Source: an uncultured Planctomycetota bacterium (GTDB lineage: Bacteria > Planctomycetota > Planctomycetia > Isosphaerales > Isosphaeraceae). Taken from it: DNA of 64,000 bases. The notes beneath the pieces were generated by a model, which saw only the letters and a list, made by a program, of their open reading frames with translations, ran no database searches and was not told where the DNA came from. The stretch covers positions 221,753-285,752 of the forward strand of contig CAWGMQ010000002.1 in the NCBI GenBank assembly GCA_963823665.1, read 5' to 3'. Made by a program: the position numbers and the translations under genes. Shown here piece by piece: positions 29,631 to 39,470 of this stretch. How positions within the stretch are numbered: position 1 is the first letter of the stretch; every line of letters starts with the position of its first letter.

Positions 29631-30461
29631 TCACCGCTTCGCCTTCTCGGGATGACAGTAAGACTCATCCATGACGATGCGATCGGGCTTGTCGCCGGCA
29701 TAGACCCAGATCATGGCCATTGGATCGAGAGTCAAGTTGATGAAGTAATGGCAGAGGCCCTGTGGTACGAGCGCGGTTGCATTACGCGAAAGTTCGTGGC
29801 GCCGGCCTTCAACGATGCAAGTGGCCGTTCCCTGAACAATGGTGATCGACTCGTCGAACTCATGGCGATGGCACGGTAGTCGAGCACCTGGGTCGAATGC
29901 GCCGAAGCCGCCGCAGATGCCCTGGGCAGGCGTCTCACCGTTGAACAGGTCCTGGAACAAGGCTCGAGGGGCGAGCTCGAACCGGTTTGCGGGATTATTG
30001 CGACCGACTCGTTCAGCCCCTGGAAGGCCGGTCGAACCAGAACGTTGCTCGACCGGACTGAAGCGGCCATTGACCCAGGTTTGCGCGGGACCAGTCGCTG
30101 CCAGAGAAACATGCAGCAGGGCTGTGCGGTTGGTAGAGAGGTTCACCACCCGTCGCGGCAAGCCGGCGGGAATTGTCACCGCATCGATCATCCCCAGTCG
30201 ATAGCGTCGATCCTCGACGTCGAGGGCCACTTCACCCCCGAGCAGGACGACTGCTTCAGTACACGGTCGGGTATAAAGCGGATATGTGGCTCTGGGCGCC
30301 AGCGTCAAGACCCCGGTGAACAGGTCCCGTGCACCGTTATGCTCGCCCACAAGCGGAATCAGCTCGATTCCCGGGACGATTACCTGGACCCTGGCGCTTG
30401 CAACTTCCTGGATCACCTCAGTTCGGTCGGAAGCCCAGGCTGACGGCCGCTGCGTTGTCAT
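29631..30461 (-). CDS. Bicupin domain protein
   Basis: Two cupin repeats. The second retains PCHRH.FDE...HYF; the first has LYTRPCTE and lacks the histidines. Confidence 0.82.
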   Translation of the reverse strand: MTTQRPSAWASDRTEVIQEVASARVQVIVPGIELIPLVGEHNGARDLFTGVLTLAPRATYPLYTRPCTEAVVLLGGEVALDVEDRRYRLGMIDAVTIPAGLPRRVVNLSTNRTALLHVSLAATGPAQTWVNGRFSPVEQRSGSTGLPGAERVGRNNPANRFELAPRALFQDLFNGETPAQGICGGFGAFDPGARLPCHRHEFDESITIVQGTATCIVEGRRHELSRNATALVPQGLCHYFINLTLDPMAMIWVYAGDKPDRIVMDESYCHPEKAKR

Positions 30462-30472
30462 GGGCGAAACTC

Positions 30473-31369
30473 CTATGCCGGCCGTTTGTAGGACGTGAAG
30501 ATCGCGGAGCGCAACTCGGTCTTCGCTTCGAGTGCGCGCATCGTGGGCTCTTCGAAGTGCTCGAACATCCGGGCGTTGTGGGCGTTTTCGTCGACTTCCT
30601 GCGGGCTCGCGCAGCCGATGACGACGGTCGAAACACCGGGAAGGGAGAGTACATACCCCATCGCTTCGGCTGATGTAAGCGAGTGCGCGCCGGCCCGCAG
30701 AAGAACGCCGGCTGCATACACCTTCATGCCGATGACTCCCATGCCGCGCCGGGTTGCTTCCTCGAGCACCGTTTTGGCAAATGGCAGACGGTGTGTGTCG
30801 GCTGCATTCAGGGCAACCAGCACGGTATCGAAATCGAACCGCCGCATGGCTTCAAGCAGGATCGACGGGTCGTGATGGCCCGTCAATCCGAGGTATTTCA
30901 CAAGCCCCTGCTCACGTGCTTCGATGAGCGCCTCGAGCGCCCCTCCGGGGCTGAAGATTGCCTGCAAGTCTCGCGCAGTGCGCAGGTCGTGGAGCTGCCA
31001 TAGATCGAGGTGGTCGGTGCGCGCTCGCGTGAGGCTTTCCTCGAGAAGGCGAAGTGATCCATCGCGGCTGCGATCGTGGGTCTTCGAGGCCAAGAAAACC
31101 TGGCTGCGACGCTCGCCCAAGGCGGCGCCGTAATAATCAAGGCTGCCGGAATAGGCCGGTGCCGTGTCGCAATAGCTCACGCCCTGGTCTAAGGCGCGGT
31201 GGATCACCGCAACCGCCTCGTGGGCGCGGCCGTACGTGCGGAGCACCCCTTCGCCACCGAGGGCAAACTGGGTCACCTCCTGACCGGTGCGCCCCAGGAG
31301 ACGTCGTGGAATCGGCCCCGCGGAAATCCCGCCGTCACTAGAGTGAGTATTCTGTTCTCTTGTGGTCAT
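30473..31369 (-). CDS. Aldo/keto reductase
   Basis: RRLLGRTG, DTAPAY, FLASKT, DLWQLH and GVIGMK motifs; start uncertain. Confidence 0.92.
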   Translation of the reverse strand: MTTREQNTHSSDGGISAGPIPRRLLGRTGQEVTQFALGGEGVLRTYGRAHEAVAVIHRALDQGVSYCDTAPAYSGSLDYYGAALGERRSQVFLASKTHDRSRDGSLRLLEESLTRARTDHLDLWQLHDLRTARDLQAIFSPGGALEALIEAREQGLVKYLGLTGHHDPSILLEAMRRFDFDTVLVALNAADTHRLPFAKTVLEEATRRGMGVIGMKVYAAGVLLRAGAHSLTSAEAMGYVLSLPGVSTVVIGCASPQEVDENAHNARMFEHFEEPTMRALEAKTELRSAIFTSYKRPA

Positions 31370-31430
31370 GAAGGAGGTCTTCTCCGCAGGCAAAGCGGGC
31401 TTGGAAAGGCCAGGGCGCCGGGAAGGAAGT

Positions 31431-32632
31431 TCACATGAATTTCAGCTCGACGATCGAGCAGTCGTCAATGAACTCCTCGCGGCCCTGGATCTCTCGATCA
31501 TACGCAATCAGTCGGTCCATCTTGGAGTCGTTCTCGGCGTCGTGCGGGCCGCGTCTCATGTAGTCGATGAACTCACTGAACGGCCAGATGGATTTGTCGA
31601 TCCGCTCGATTTCGTACACACCATCGCTATAGAGACACAGTTTGGCAAATTTGCCCAGAGACGTGCTCGCTGTCGCGAACTCGAGATCAGGAACCGCGCC
31701 GATCATGGGGCCGCTTGCCTCAAGGATCTCGAGCGTGGCTTCCTCGGCCGATGAGCCACTGTAGAGCAGTGCCGGCGGATGGCCCCCGCCACAATACTGA
31801 ATCTGCCGCGAGGGTTTGTGGTAGACGCCGTACCAGATCGTGAAGAAGAGCCCGTTTTGCTGCTCCATCTGGAACGCGTTATTGAGCGCGCCCAGCACCT
31901 GCCCCGGCACACGGAAGTCGGTCTGGGGAAGGGCCTGAGAGCGCAGAGCGTTCATGGCCGAGACAGAGAGCAAAGCCGAGCCGACTCCGTGACCACTCAC
32001 ATCCAGCAGATAAAAGGCGAAATGGTCGTCATCCAGCCAGTGGTAGCCGAATGAATCGCCGCCGAGCTCAGCCGATGGGATGAATCGCCAATCGGTGCGC
32101 ACGTCTCCCTTCTTGAGCTTCTCGGGCAGCAGGGATTGCACATAATGTGCAGCCTGCTTCATCTCGCTGGCCAGCCGGTGCTGGCTTTCGAGAAGCGCCT
32201 GGTAGGCTTCGTTGCGCTGGAGCAGAGCGATGTAGCCCTTGGAGTGATAGCGGATTCGCGCCAGGAGCTCGAGGCGGTCCGGAAGCTTGACGATGTAGTC
32301 GTTGGCTCCCAGCGCGAATGCCTCGGCTTTGACCGCTGGCTCCTCCTTGGTCGAGAGCACAATCAGCGGAGTCTCACGGGTAGGCTCATGGCGCGGAACT
32401 TCTTCACCAGCGTGAGGCCGTCGATCTCGGGCATGACCAGATCTTGAAGGATCACGGTGGGCTTGACCCGATCGGCTTCATCCAGCGCTCTGGCAGCGTC
32501 GCGGTTGTAATGGAAGTCGATGTCGGCCTCGCTGGCAATCATACGGCGAACGGCCTCGCCGATCATCGGCTGGTCGTCGACGAGCAAGACCACCACCTTG
32601 TGCTGGGTCAAAACGGGATCACTGCTCATCAC
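31431..32632 (-). CDS. WspR-type receiver + coiled coil + SpoIIE/PP2C phosphatase; 1-nt frameshift near 32388
   Basis: VLLVDDQPMIGEAVRR, KPTVILQDLVMP and ARIRYHS...LQRNEAY, then LGGDSF, DVSGHG, GHPP, YSDG and DD. Confidence 0.9.
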
Positions 32633-32700
32633 GCGGGCTCCTGGCGCCTCGAATCCACTACAAGTCGATCTTAGACCAAGAGCCCGTCAAATACGATATT

Positions 32701-33768
32701 TCAATCTGCCGGTCGATCCACGGACGAGCGTGGCAAGAGTCTCACAATGGCCTCGGCGATCTGAGGAAGAGGCACGACTTCCTCCGCCGCCCCGATCTCA
32801 ACCGCTGCTTTGGGCATCCCCCAAACGACGCTCGAAGATCGGTCTTGAGCAATCGTTCTCCAACCAAGCCGGCGCAGGTTGAGTAGCCCCTCGGCACCGT
32901 CGCGGAGCATTCCGGTCAAGAGAACGGCAACGCCGGGCCTGGGCCAGTTGCGAGCCGCGCTATTGAAGAAAACATCGACCGACGGGCGATAGGAGGTTTC
33001 TCTCGGCTCAACCGAATAATGCAAGCGGCGATCCTCGCCGATCACCAAGTGGTCGTCGGTCCCCGAAAGCAGGATCTCGCCCACAACGGGCTGATGTTCT
33101 TCGGTTGCCAGCATCACGCGGCGGCCTGCTTGCTCGGAAAGCCACTGGCCGAGACCTGGAGCAAACGCGGCGTCGACATGCTGGACGATGACGATTCCGC
33201 CCGTAAGCGTAGCAGGCAGTCGCGAAAGTATCTCCGCGAGCGCCTGAGGGCCACCAGTCGAGGCTCCCAGGAGCACGAGGGGATCAAGCGCCTTCTCAAC
33301 CAGAGAAGTCCAGGTGATCGAGGACGACTCACGCACCGCCTGAGCTGGCCGTTCAGCCAGCTTCCCCACTGGCTTCCCCAGAAGCTTGCCGATGAGCTCG
33401 ATCTTGTGCAAGAGCACCGCCGCACCGCTGATTTCGCCGCGCGACCCCAGGATGGGTGTATCAATGGCGTCGAGCGCTCCGTAGCCCATGGCTTGGTAGA
33501 CCTTGTTGAGATGTCCGGTGACCGTAGCGGTGACGACCAGAATCGCGCAGGGAGATTCACCCATGATCCTGCGCGTTGCCTCGACGCCGTCTGTTCCAGG
33601 CATGAGCAGATCCATCAAAATCAAGTCGGGCACGTCGGCACGCGCAAGAGCAACCGCCTCGGCACCGTCCTTCGCCATCCAGCTCACTTCATTCGTCCCC
33701 GACGACAGCACAACCCGGCGCAGCGCCTCGCGAGCCAGACCCATATCGTTGGCGATCCCGATTCTCAT
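32701..33768 (-). CDS. cheB: Chemotaxis response regulator-methylesterase CheB (WspF-like)
   Basis: MRIGIAND..DLILMD receiver; GASTGG, VQH, YRPSVD and LLTGMLRDG. Confidence 0.93.
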   Translation of the reverse strand: MRIGIANDMGLAREALRRVVLSSGTNEVSWMAKDGAEAVALARADVPDLILMDLLMPGTDGVEATRRIMGESPCAILVVTATVTGHLNKVYQAMGYGALDAIDTPILGSRGEISGAAVLLHKIELIGKLLGKPVGKLAERPAQAVRESSSITWTSLVEKALDPLVLLGASTGGPQALAEILSRLPATLTGGIVIVQHVDAAFAPGLGQWLSEQAGRRVMLATEEHQPVVGEILLSGTDDHLVIGEDRRLHYSVEPRETSYRPSVDVFFNSAARNWPRPGVAVLLTGMLRDGAEGLLNLRRLGWRTIAQDRSSSVVWGMPKAAVEIGAAEEVVPLPQIAEAIVRLLPRSSVDRPAD

Positions 33769-33868
33769 GCTTGGTTGTTTCGAGCTCTCATGAGGTCCGA
33801 AATGCGCCTCGGCCAATGCAAATGCCAACACAGTCGAGCAATCTCGAAAGGCACAAGCATCTCTCCCC

Positions 33869-34351
33869 TCAGCTCCACGGAGCAGCGGGCTTCTGCTTCC
33901 ACAACCAGATGATCCAATCCACATTCTGGGGCTGACCGTCAAAATCCCTGAGCCGGGTCATGCACTGCCCACGGTGATGTTGGGAGTGCATTGCCACCTG
34001 AACGAGTGCTTCGGAGACCGTGATGACGCACGGTGGATCAGGGAACCACGGAATTCGCACCGTCTGCGAAAGGTGATCCTCGTTCAGGGCTGCGGTGAAT
34101 TCGCGGAGCCCGGCGTGCGTGGTCACTGCCCGGCTCTTGATATCATCAAAACCCGGTGGTGCTCCGGTTGGTGGGCTTCCCGGGGTCTCGCCGCGCAGGA
34201 TCGAGAGAAAGCCATGCTGAACTCCCACGATGTGGCCAACCCGTCGCCGCATCTCTTCCAGGTCACGGCAAGGAGAATCGCCCCACGCCTTGAAAAAAAC
34301 GGCATTTGCCCATTCGGCATGAGCCATCAGATCGCAGAGAAAGCTGGTCAT
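33869..34351 (-). CDS. DinB/YfiT family protein
   Basis: HAEWAN, GHIVG and MHSQHHRGQ metal-binding histidines; GGAGG RBS. Confidence 0.88.
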   Translation of the reverse strand: MTSFLCDLMAHAEWANAVFFKAWGDSPCRDLEEMRRRVGHIVGVQHGFLSILRGETPGSPPTGAPPGFDDIKSRAVTTHAGLREFTAALNEDHLSQTVRIPWFPDPPCVITVSEALVQVAMHSQHHRGQCMTRLRDFDGQPQNVDWIIWLWKQKPAAPWS

Positions 34352-34372
34352 CGGAAAACCTCCGCACGGTGG

Positions 34373-36790
34373 TCATTCTCGGGGGTCACCAATCAAGTCG
34401 GCCACCGTGGTCAAGAATGTCTGGTCATGGAAGCTACTCTTGGTCAGATAGGAATTGGCGCCGGCGTCCAGACCCCGGATACGGTCTTCTTCCCGATCTT
34501 TATACGAGACAATGACCACCGGGATTGCCTTCAGCCGCGAGTCATCCTTGATGTGCCGCACGAGCTGGATACCGTCCATCCTGGGCATATCGACATCACT
34601 CACCACCAGATCATAATGGGCAGTGCGCACAGCATTCCAGCCGTCGACGCCGTCAACCGCGACATCGACCGAATATCCGCGGTTTTCCAGCAACTGCCGT
34701 TCGAGCTCCCGGACCGTGATCGAATCGTCGACGACCAGAACCCGCTTCACCGCACTGGTTCTCCTGGGAGGGGTTCGGGCAGCAAGCTTGCCGAATCTGC
34801 GGCCGGATAGCATATTGTCGATCGAGCGGATCAGGTCTTCGACATCGATGATCAAGACCGGCCAACCATTCTCGAGCACCGACGAGCTATTGATATTTGG
34901 AACCTTGCCGAGCCGGGCATCCAGCGGCGACACCCGCAGGTCGCGCTCGCCCAGGAAACGGTCGACAATCACGCCGAAGTGATGACTGCGATCGCTGGCA
35001 ACCACGACCGGCAACCGCTCGAGCCTGTCATGTTCGTCCTTGGCGGGCAGTTCGAGCACGGCTGACGCTTCGACCAGTCCAATCGGCTGATCGTCGAGCA
35101 TCACGTGCGGCTTGCCCTCAAGCTCCCGCACGTTCTGCCGGTCGAGCATGAAGATGCGGTCGATGCGGCTCAGTGGGAACGCGTACGGCTCGCCGGCAAT
35201 TTCTACCAGCAGCGCACGGATGACCGAGACGGTGATCGGCAACTGAAGTACGAACCGAGCTCCTGTGCCCAGCCGTGTGTTGACTCGGATCAGGCCGCCA
35301 ACCGCTCGCACCATGTTGTGAACGACGTCGAGCCCGACACCCCGGCCGGAAACCTCTGTCACGTTTTCCTTGGTCGAAAAGCCTGGCAGGAACAGAAACT
35401 CGAGCAATTCCGCCTCACTGAGCTGAGCGGCGATCGCAGCCGTGGTCAGCTCTCGCTCGACCACCTTGGCCCGTAACCTCTCCAGGTCGATGCCGCGCCC
35501 ATCATCGCCCAGAATGATCTGAAGCATACCCGCACGATGGCGAGCTTCGAGCTTGATTGCGCCCATCGCCTTCTTCCCGGCCGCCCGGCGCTCCTCCGGT
35601 AGCTCGAGGCCGTGGTCCACCGCGTTGCGAATAAGATGGTTAAGGGGTGATTCAAGACGGTCGAGGATGTCGCTGTCGACACCCGTGTTCTCGCCCACCA
35701 CCTCGAATCGAGCTTGCTTACCGAGCTCTTTGCCCAGGTCGCGAACGAGCCGTGGGAAGCCACGGATCGCATCGGCCAGCGGCCGCATCCGGCTGGCAAG
35801 AACCTCCTGATGCAGGCGGCTCGAAAGATCCTCACTCCGGCGAGCGAATTCCTCGATCGCCTCGACCGTCTCTCCAAGTGTCTGCAAGCACTGCGCAGCC
35901 TGTGCTTTGACCACGGCCAGTCGCTCTCGGTCCGCGGCGCCCAACCGATTCTCTTGATCATTCAGGATGTGGTCCTCGAAGACATGGAGCGACTCTAGCA
36001 ATCCGGTTTCTTTCCCTTTAAGCCGCCACAGCGAGTCCACCAGTGGCGGGAACCGGTGCGATTGCACCAGCGCCTCGCCGGCAAGACCCAGCAGTCGTGT
36101 CAGGCTCTCGGCCGTGACCCGCACCACACGGTCACGACTTCGGTCAGCAGACGAGGCTGGGCCGCTCTGTGCAACCCGGGGTTCCACCTGAGTCTGCTCT
36201 GAGAGCAGGGTGGGTGGCGCTGGCGGCACGACTACAGGGCCGATGATCACCGCGCTCGATTGACCAGCGCTTGCCGCACCAGTATTCGCCTGGCTCTCGT
36301 TGATCGCCGGCGAAGGGAGCGGCGCGAGGATGGGCTCGCGTATTTGCGCGGATGGAGGTGGTGGCCCGGAACGCAGCGGTAATCGACCTTCCCTGGCAGC
36401 GTGTAACTCGGTCACGAGCGAATCGATTTCATCGGCACGCTCGGTTTGCCATGCCTCGATTTCCACTTCACCGAGCTGTGCCACCCGAGCAAGCATGTCC
36501 ACGCCTCGAAGGAGGAGATCAACATGCTCGGAGCGAAGCGTGAGTTTTCCTTTCTGCGCGTCGACAAAACAGTCTTCCATCGCATGAGCGATCCGAACAA
36601 TCGCATCGAGCCCGACGATCCGGGCGGCACCCTTGAGGGAATGGGCCGCTCGCATGAGCGGCTCGATCACTTCGGGTGTCGCGGAAGTTTCCTCGACTGA
36701 AACCAGACCTGCCGAAAGTGTGGCGGTGTGGCTCTCGGCCTCCATCCGAAAAAGCTCGATCAACGAGAAACCGCTGAGATCGCCGCTCAC
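34373..36790 (-). CDS. cheA: Hybrid CheA (Hpt-HATPase-CheW-REC), WspE-like
   Basis: MRAAHSLKGAA, HLIRNAVDHG, DDGRG, PGFST, SGRGVGLD, a CheW domain and C-terminal VLVVDDS...DVDMP. GTG at 36790 overlaps the upstream stop. Confidence 0.94.
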   Translation of the reverse strand: MSGDLSGFSLIELFRMEAESHTATLSAGLVSVEETSATPEVIEPLMRAAHSLKGAARIVGLDAIVRIAHAMEDCFVDAQKGKLTLRSEHVDLLLRGVDMLARVAQLGEVEIEAWQTERADEIDSLVTELHAAREGRLPLRSGPPPPSAQIREPILAPLPSPAINESQANTGAASAGQSSAVIIGPVVVPPAPPTLLSEQTQVEPRVAQSGPASSADRSRDRVVRVTAESLTRLLGLAGEALVQSHRFPPLVDSLWRLKGKETGLLESLHVFEDHILNDQENRLGAADRERLAVVKAQAAQCLQTLGETVEAIEEFARRSEDLSSRLHQEVLASRMRPLADAIRGFPRLVRDLGKELGKQARFEVVGENTGVDSDILDRLESPLNHLIRNAVDHGLELPEERRAAGKKAMGAIKLEARHRAGMLQIILGDDGRGIDLERLRAKVVERELTTAAIAAQLSEAELLEFLFLPGFSTKENVTEVSGRGVGLDVVHNMVRAVGGLIRVNTRLGTGARFVLQLPITVSVIRALLVEIAGEPYAFPLSRIDRIFMLDRQNVRELEGKPHVMLDDQPIGLVEASAVLELPAKDEHDRLERLPVVVASDRSHHFGVIVDRFLGERDLRVSPLDARLGKVPNINSSSVLENGWPVLIIDVEDLIRSIDNMLSGRRFGKLAARTPPRRTSAVKRVLVVDDSITVRELERQLLENRGYSVDVAVDGVDGWNAVRTAHYDLVVSDVDMPRMDGIQLVRHIKDDSRLKAIPVVIVSYKDREEDRIRGLDAGANSYLTKSSFHDQTFLTTVADLIGDPRE

Positions 36791-37530
36791 GGCCGGAGAC
36801 TCCGAATCACTCCAAAGACTCGTTGTTCGTCGAGCAGGCCGACACTCCGCTCGTTCCAGGACAGAACAGCCTGGCTGAAACCGACCGCCGGATTGATCAA
36901 AGTCGAAGGAACATTGCGCCACTGGCTGCGCGGTATCCGCCGAACGCCCACGACCTCGTCTGCGGCAAATACCCAGGTCTCCGCTCGCTCTGTATCCCGA
37001 AGCACAACTAGCCGGGAAGACGGTCCCGGGGCAGCCGTCGCTCCCAGCACCCCGTGCAGCGATACACAAAGTTGAACCTGGCCTTGCAGACTGACAATGC
37101 CAGCAAAGACCGCGTTCGAGCGGTGAGGAATGCGATGGACGGGCCTGAGTAAAGTCACTTCAACGATCGTTTGAGTGCGGAACGCCAGCCATTCTCCACC
37201 GAGACGGAAGACCAGAACACTGACTGCATCACTTCGCGACAGAAGGCCGTCCCCCTTCGCCTCAGATCGATCGCCGTGCGCGCCGAAGGCCGCTGGCTCG
37301 GCCAGCCAGCGCGACCAATCCGCGAGATAACCCTCTGGCGCACGGCGGTCAAAAAAGCTGCGCGCCGCTCCAGCAAAGACCGGACAATTACGACAATGAA
37401 CGTGCGTGCTTAGCTCCGGGCAACTCCGGTCACCTGATATCCCGATCGTATTCCAGCAATCGCCCAGGCCGGGTCCGCGGCCCTGGAGGCCGATTCGGGA
37501 GGATTCGTCGACAGGCGCATCGCTGTCCAT
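36787..37530 (-). CDS. cheW: CheW, WspD-like with Cys-rich N-terminus
   Basis: DCWNTIGISGDRSCPEL..HVHCRNCPVF, VFRLGGEW and HRIPHR. Confidence 0.92.
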   Translation of the reverse strand: MDSDAPVDESSRIGLQGRGPGLGDCWNTIGISGDRSCPELSTHVHCRNCPVFAGAARSFFDRRAPEGYLADWSRWLAEPAAFGAHGDRSEAKGDGLLSRSDAVSVLVFRLGGEWLAFRTQTIVEVTLLRPVHRIPHRSNAVFAGIVSLQGQVQLCVSLHGVLGATAAPGPSSRLVVLRDTERAETWVFAADEVVGVRRIPRSQWRNVPSTLINPAVGFSQAVLSWNERSVGLLDEQRVFGVIRSLRP

Positions 37531-37531
37531 T

Positions 37532-38845
37532 TCAATTCACTCGCTTCCAGGCCAAACTCGCCGTTCGTTCAGCGCGGCGGCGGAACCCAGCCGCCGTGCG
37601 CTCATCACCGCGGCGCTCCGCCAGCAGGGCCAGAGCCAGCAGTGCCTCATCATGGTTGGGGTCGAGATAGACCGCCTTCCGGAAACAATCCTCCGCACGC
37701 TCGCGGTCGCCGCCGGCCTGGCAGATCATTCCCATCAAACAATAGGCGGTCGCGGTGAGACCCGCTTCCTGAAGGTGCTGCTGACAAAGGGAGATCGCAT
37801 CACTAAAACGACCGTGATTGGCCAGCTCAGATGCTTGCCTCAGTAAAAGTGACGGTTCGTCCACTTGCCGAACCAGGTTATCGGAACTTGTCAAGGTTGT
37901 GGACTGGGCGCCACCTCCTGTCGTTTCAGGAGGGCTTGCTGCTTGGATTGCATGAACAGGATTCGCCACGACCGAGATCGGGATGGACGCTGACGATTGA
38001 AGCGGATCCGGGCCCGCAGGCCCAGGAGGTTTGTTGCCTGTCGTCCAGCGGTAGGTGAAGCAACCGGGATCATCTGTTGGTGCAAATCCCCTTCCCGCTC
38101 CGGTCGACTCCAGCCGGTCGGCGTGGCCGATCAGCAGAACTCCGTCGGGGGCAAGAATTCGATTCACTAATGCCAGCAATGCTTCCCGAGCGGACGGAAT
38201 GAGGTAGATCAGGAGATTCCGGCAAAGGACCAAGTCGTACGATTGTACGTTTTTGAGGAGTTGGGGATCCAGGATGCTTCCCTGTGTGAAGTAGATACTT
38301 GCCCGTAGCGTGGGATCGATTTCATAGCCTTCGGGATGGTCTCGAAAGCAGCGAGACCGATACGGGAGAACCGGCCCGCGGAACGCATTCTTTGAGTAGA
38401 CTCCGCGGTGCGCAATTGCCAGTCGGCGCTCGCTCGCATCAATCGCGTCAATCCGGTATCTGGAGGCTGGAAACCCTTCTTCCGCGAGCACAATTGCGAT
38501 GGAGTACGGTTCCTCACCCGCCGCGCAAGGCATGCTAAGGATTCGCAGCGGAAGCTGCGCCTTTGCGCTCTCTAGCCGCTGCCGAACATAGCCTCGTAGC
38601 CACTCAAAAGGGCGCTCGTCGCGGAAGAACCAGCTCTCGGCGACGACAACCTCTTCGACCAGCTCCTGAAGCTCCTTCAGCGAGCTTTTGACCTCACGCT
38701 CGTATGCAGCCAGGTCGGTCACTTCCCGTTGTCGCATTCGCTCTCGGACCGCGCGCAGGATGAGCTGGGGGCCGACCGAGCTCGGGTCCAGCCCGATCTT
38801 GCTCTTTAGAAGCTCCTCGATTGCGGGCAGCGCACCAGCCATCAT
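37532..38845 (-). CDS. cheR: CheR methyltransferase with TPR, WspC-like
   Basis: ESWFFRD, SMPCAAGEEPYS and CRNLLIY; C-terminal FRKAVYLDPNH.EAL TPR. Start uncertain (38842-38854). Confidence 0.93.
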   Translation of the reverse strand: MMAGALPAIEELLKSKIGLDPSSVGPQLILRAVRERMRQREVTDLAAYEREVKSSLKELQELVEEVVVAESWFFRDERPFEWLRGYVRQRLESAKAQLPLRILSMPCAAGEEPYSIAIVLAEEGFPASRYRIDAIDASERRLAIAHRGVYSKNAFRGPVLPYRSRCFRDHPEGYEIDPTLRASIYFTQGSILDPQLLKNVQSYDLVLCRNLLIYLIPSAREALLALVNRILAPDGVLLIGHADRLESTGAGRGFAPTDDPGCFTYRWTTGNKPPGPAGPDPLQSSASIPISVVANPVHAIQAASPPETTGGGAQSTTLTSSDNLVRQVDEPSLLLRQASELANHGRFSDAISLCQQHLQEAGLTATAYCLMGMICQAGGDRERAEDCFRKAVYLDPNHDEALLALALLAERRGDERTAAGFRRRAERTASLAWKRVN

Positions 38846-38863
38846 GACTCCCATCCCGGATTT

Positions 38864-39460
38864 TCAATCGTGCGTTTTCGAATCCTCAAGTGCAGGCAGC
38901 CCAGCCTTTGCTTTTGAGGGATCAGGACTCCAGTCGGTTCCCTGGTCCAGGATACCGTCCTTCAAGAAGCTTTCCCGAATCCGATCCACCGCGATCAACT
39001 GGATGATTCCCGCGTCGGTCTGAACAATAGCGTCGAGGAAAGGTGCCTGGGAAAGCTGGATCGGGGCTGGGACAACCTGGTCCGACCGCACTTCGACCAG
39101 GTCGCTGACTTCTTCGCCGATCAATCCCAGAAGACGCGGTTCACTCGCATGGTCCCCTGTCGAAGGTCCGATGTTTTCATCCGATGAGCCGCCCGCTCGG
39201 TCGATCCCTCGATTTTGATCACCAGGCGAGTCGTTGACCAGGATGATTCGCGTACTGAGGCAATCGCGGCATGAGGCTCCGCTCAAGAGCAGCCCGAGAT
39301 CGATGACCGGGATCACCTTGCCGCGATAGTTGAGCAGCCCGCTCAGAAAAGAAGGCGCATGCGGGATGGCGCGGAGCTCGACCCTGGGCACCAGCTCGAT
39401 GACCCGCACGATGTCAATCGCATACCGATTTGCGCCGGCCTTCAGAATCAGGAGCAGCAT
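38864..39460 (-). CDS. cheW: CheW, WspB-like
   Basis: RYAI...IELVP.V.L..IPHAP...GLLNYRG.VIPVIDL and STRIILV. Confidence 0.9.
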   Translation of the reverse strand: MLLLILKAGANRYAIDIVRVIELVPRVELRAIPHAPSFLSGLLNYRGKVIPVIDLGLLLSGASCRDCLSTRIILVNDSPGDQNRGIDRAGGSSDENIGPSTGDHASEPRLLGLIGEEVSDLVEVRSDQVVPAPIQLSQAPFLDAIVQTDAGIIQLIAVDRIRESFLKDGILDQGTDWSPDPSKAKAGLPALEDSKTHD

Positions 39461-39470
39461 TGTTCATCGA

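Noticed and set aside
36791..37069. N-terminal extension of CheA in the ORF track, and similar extensions at 33769-33942, 18642-18962 and 22832-22903
   Set aside because: They overlap upstream genes or lack homology-like sequence; downstream starts fit RBS or stop-start coupling better.
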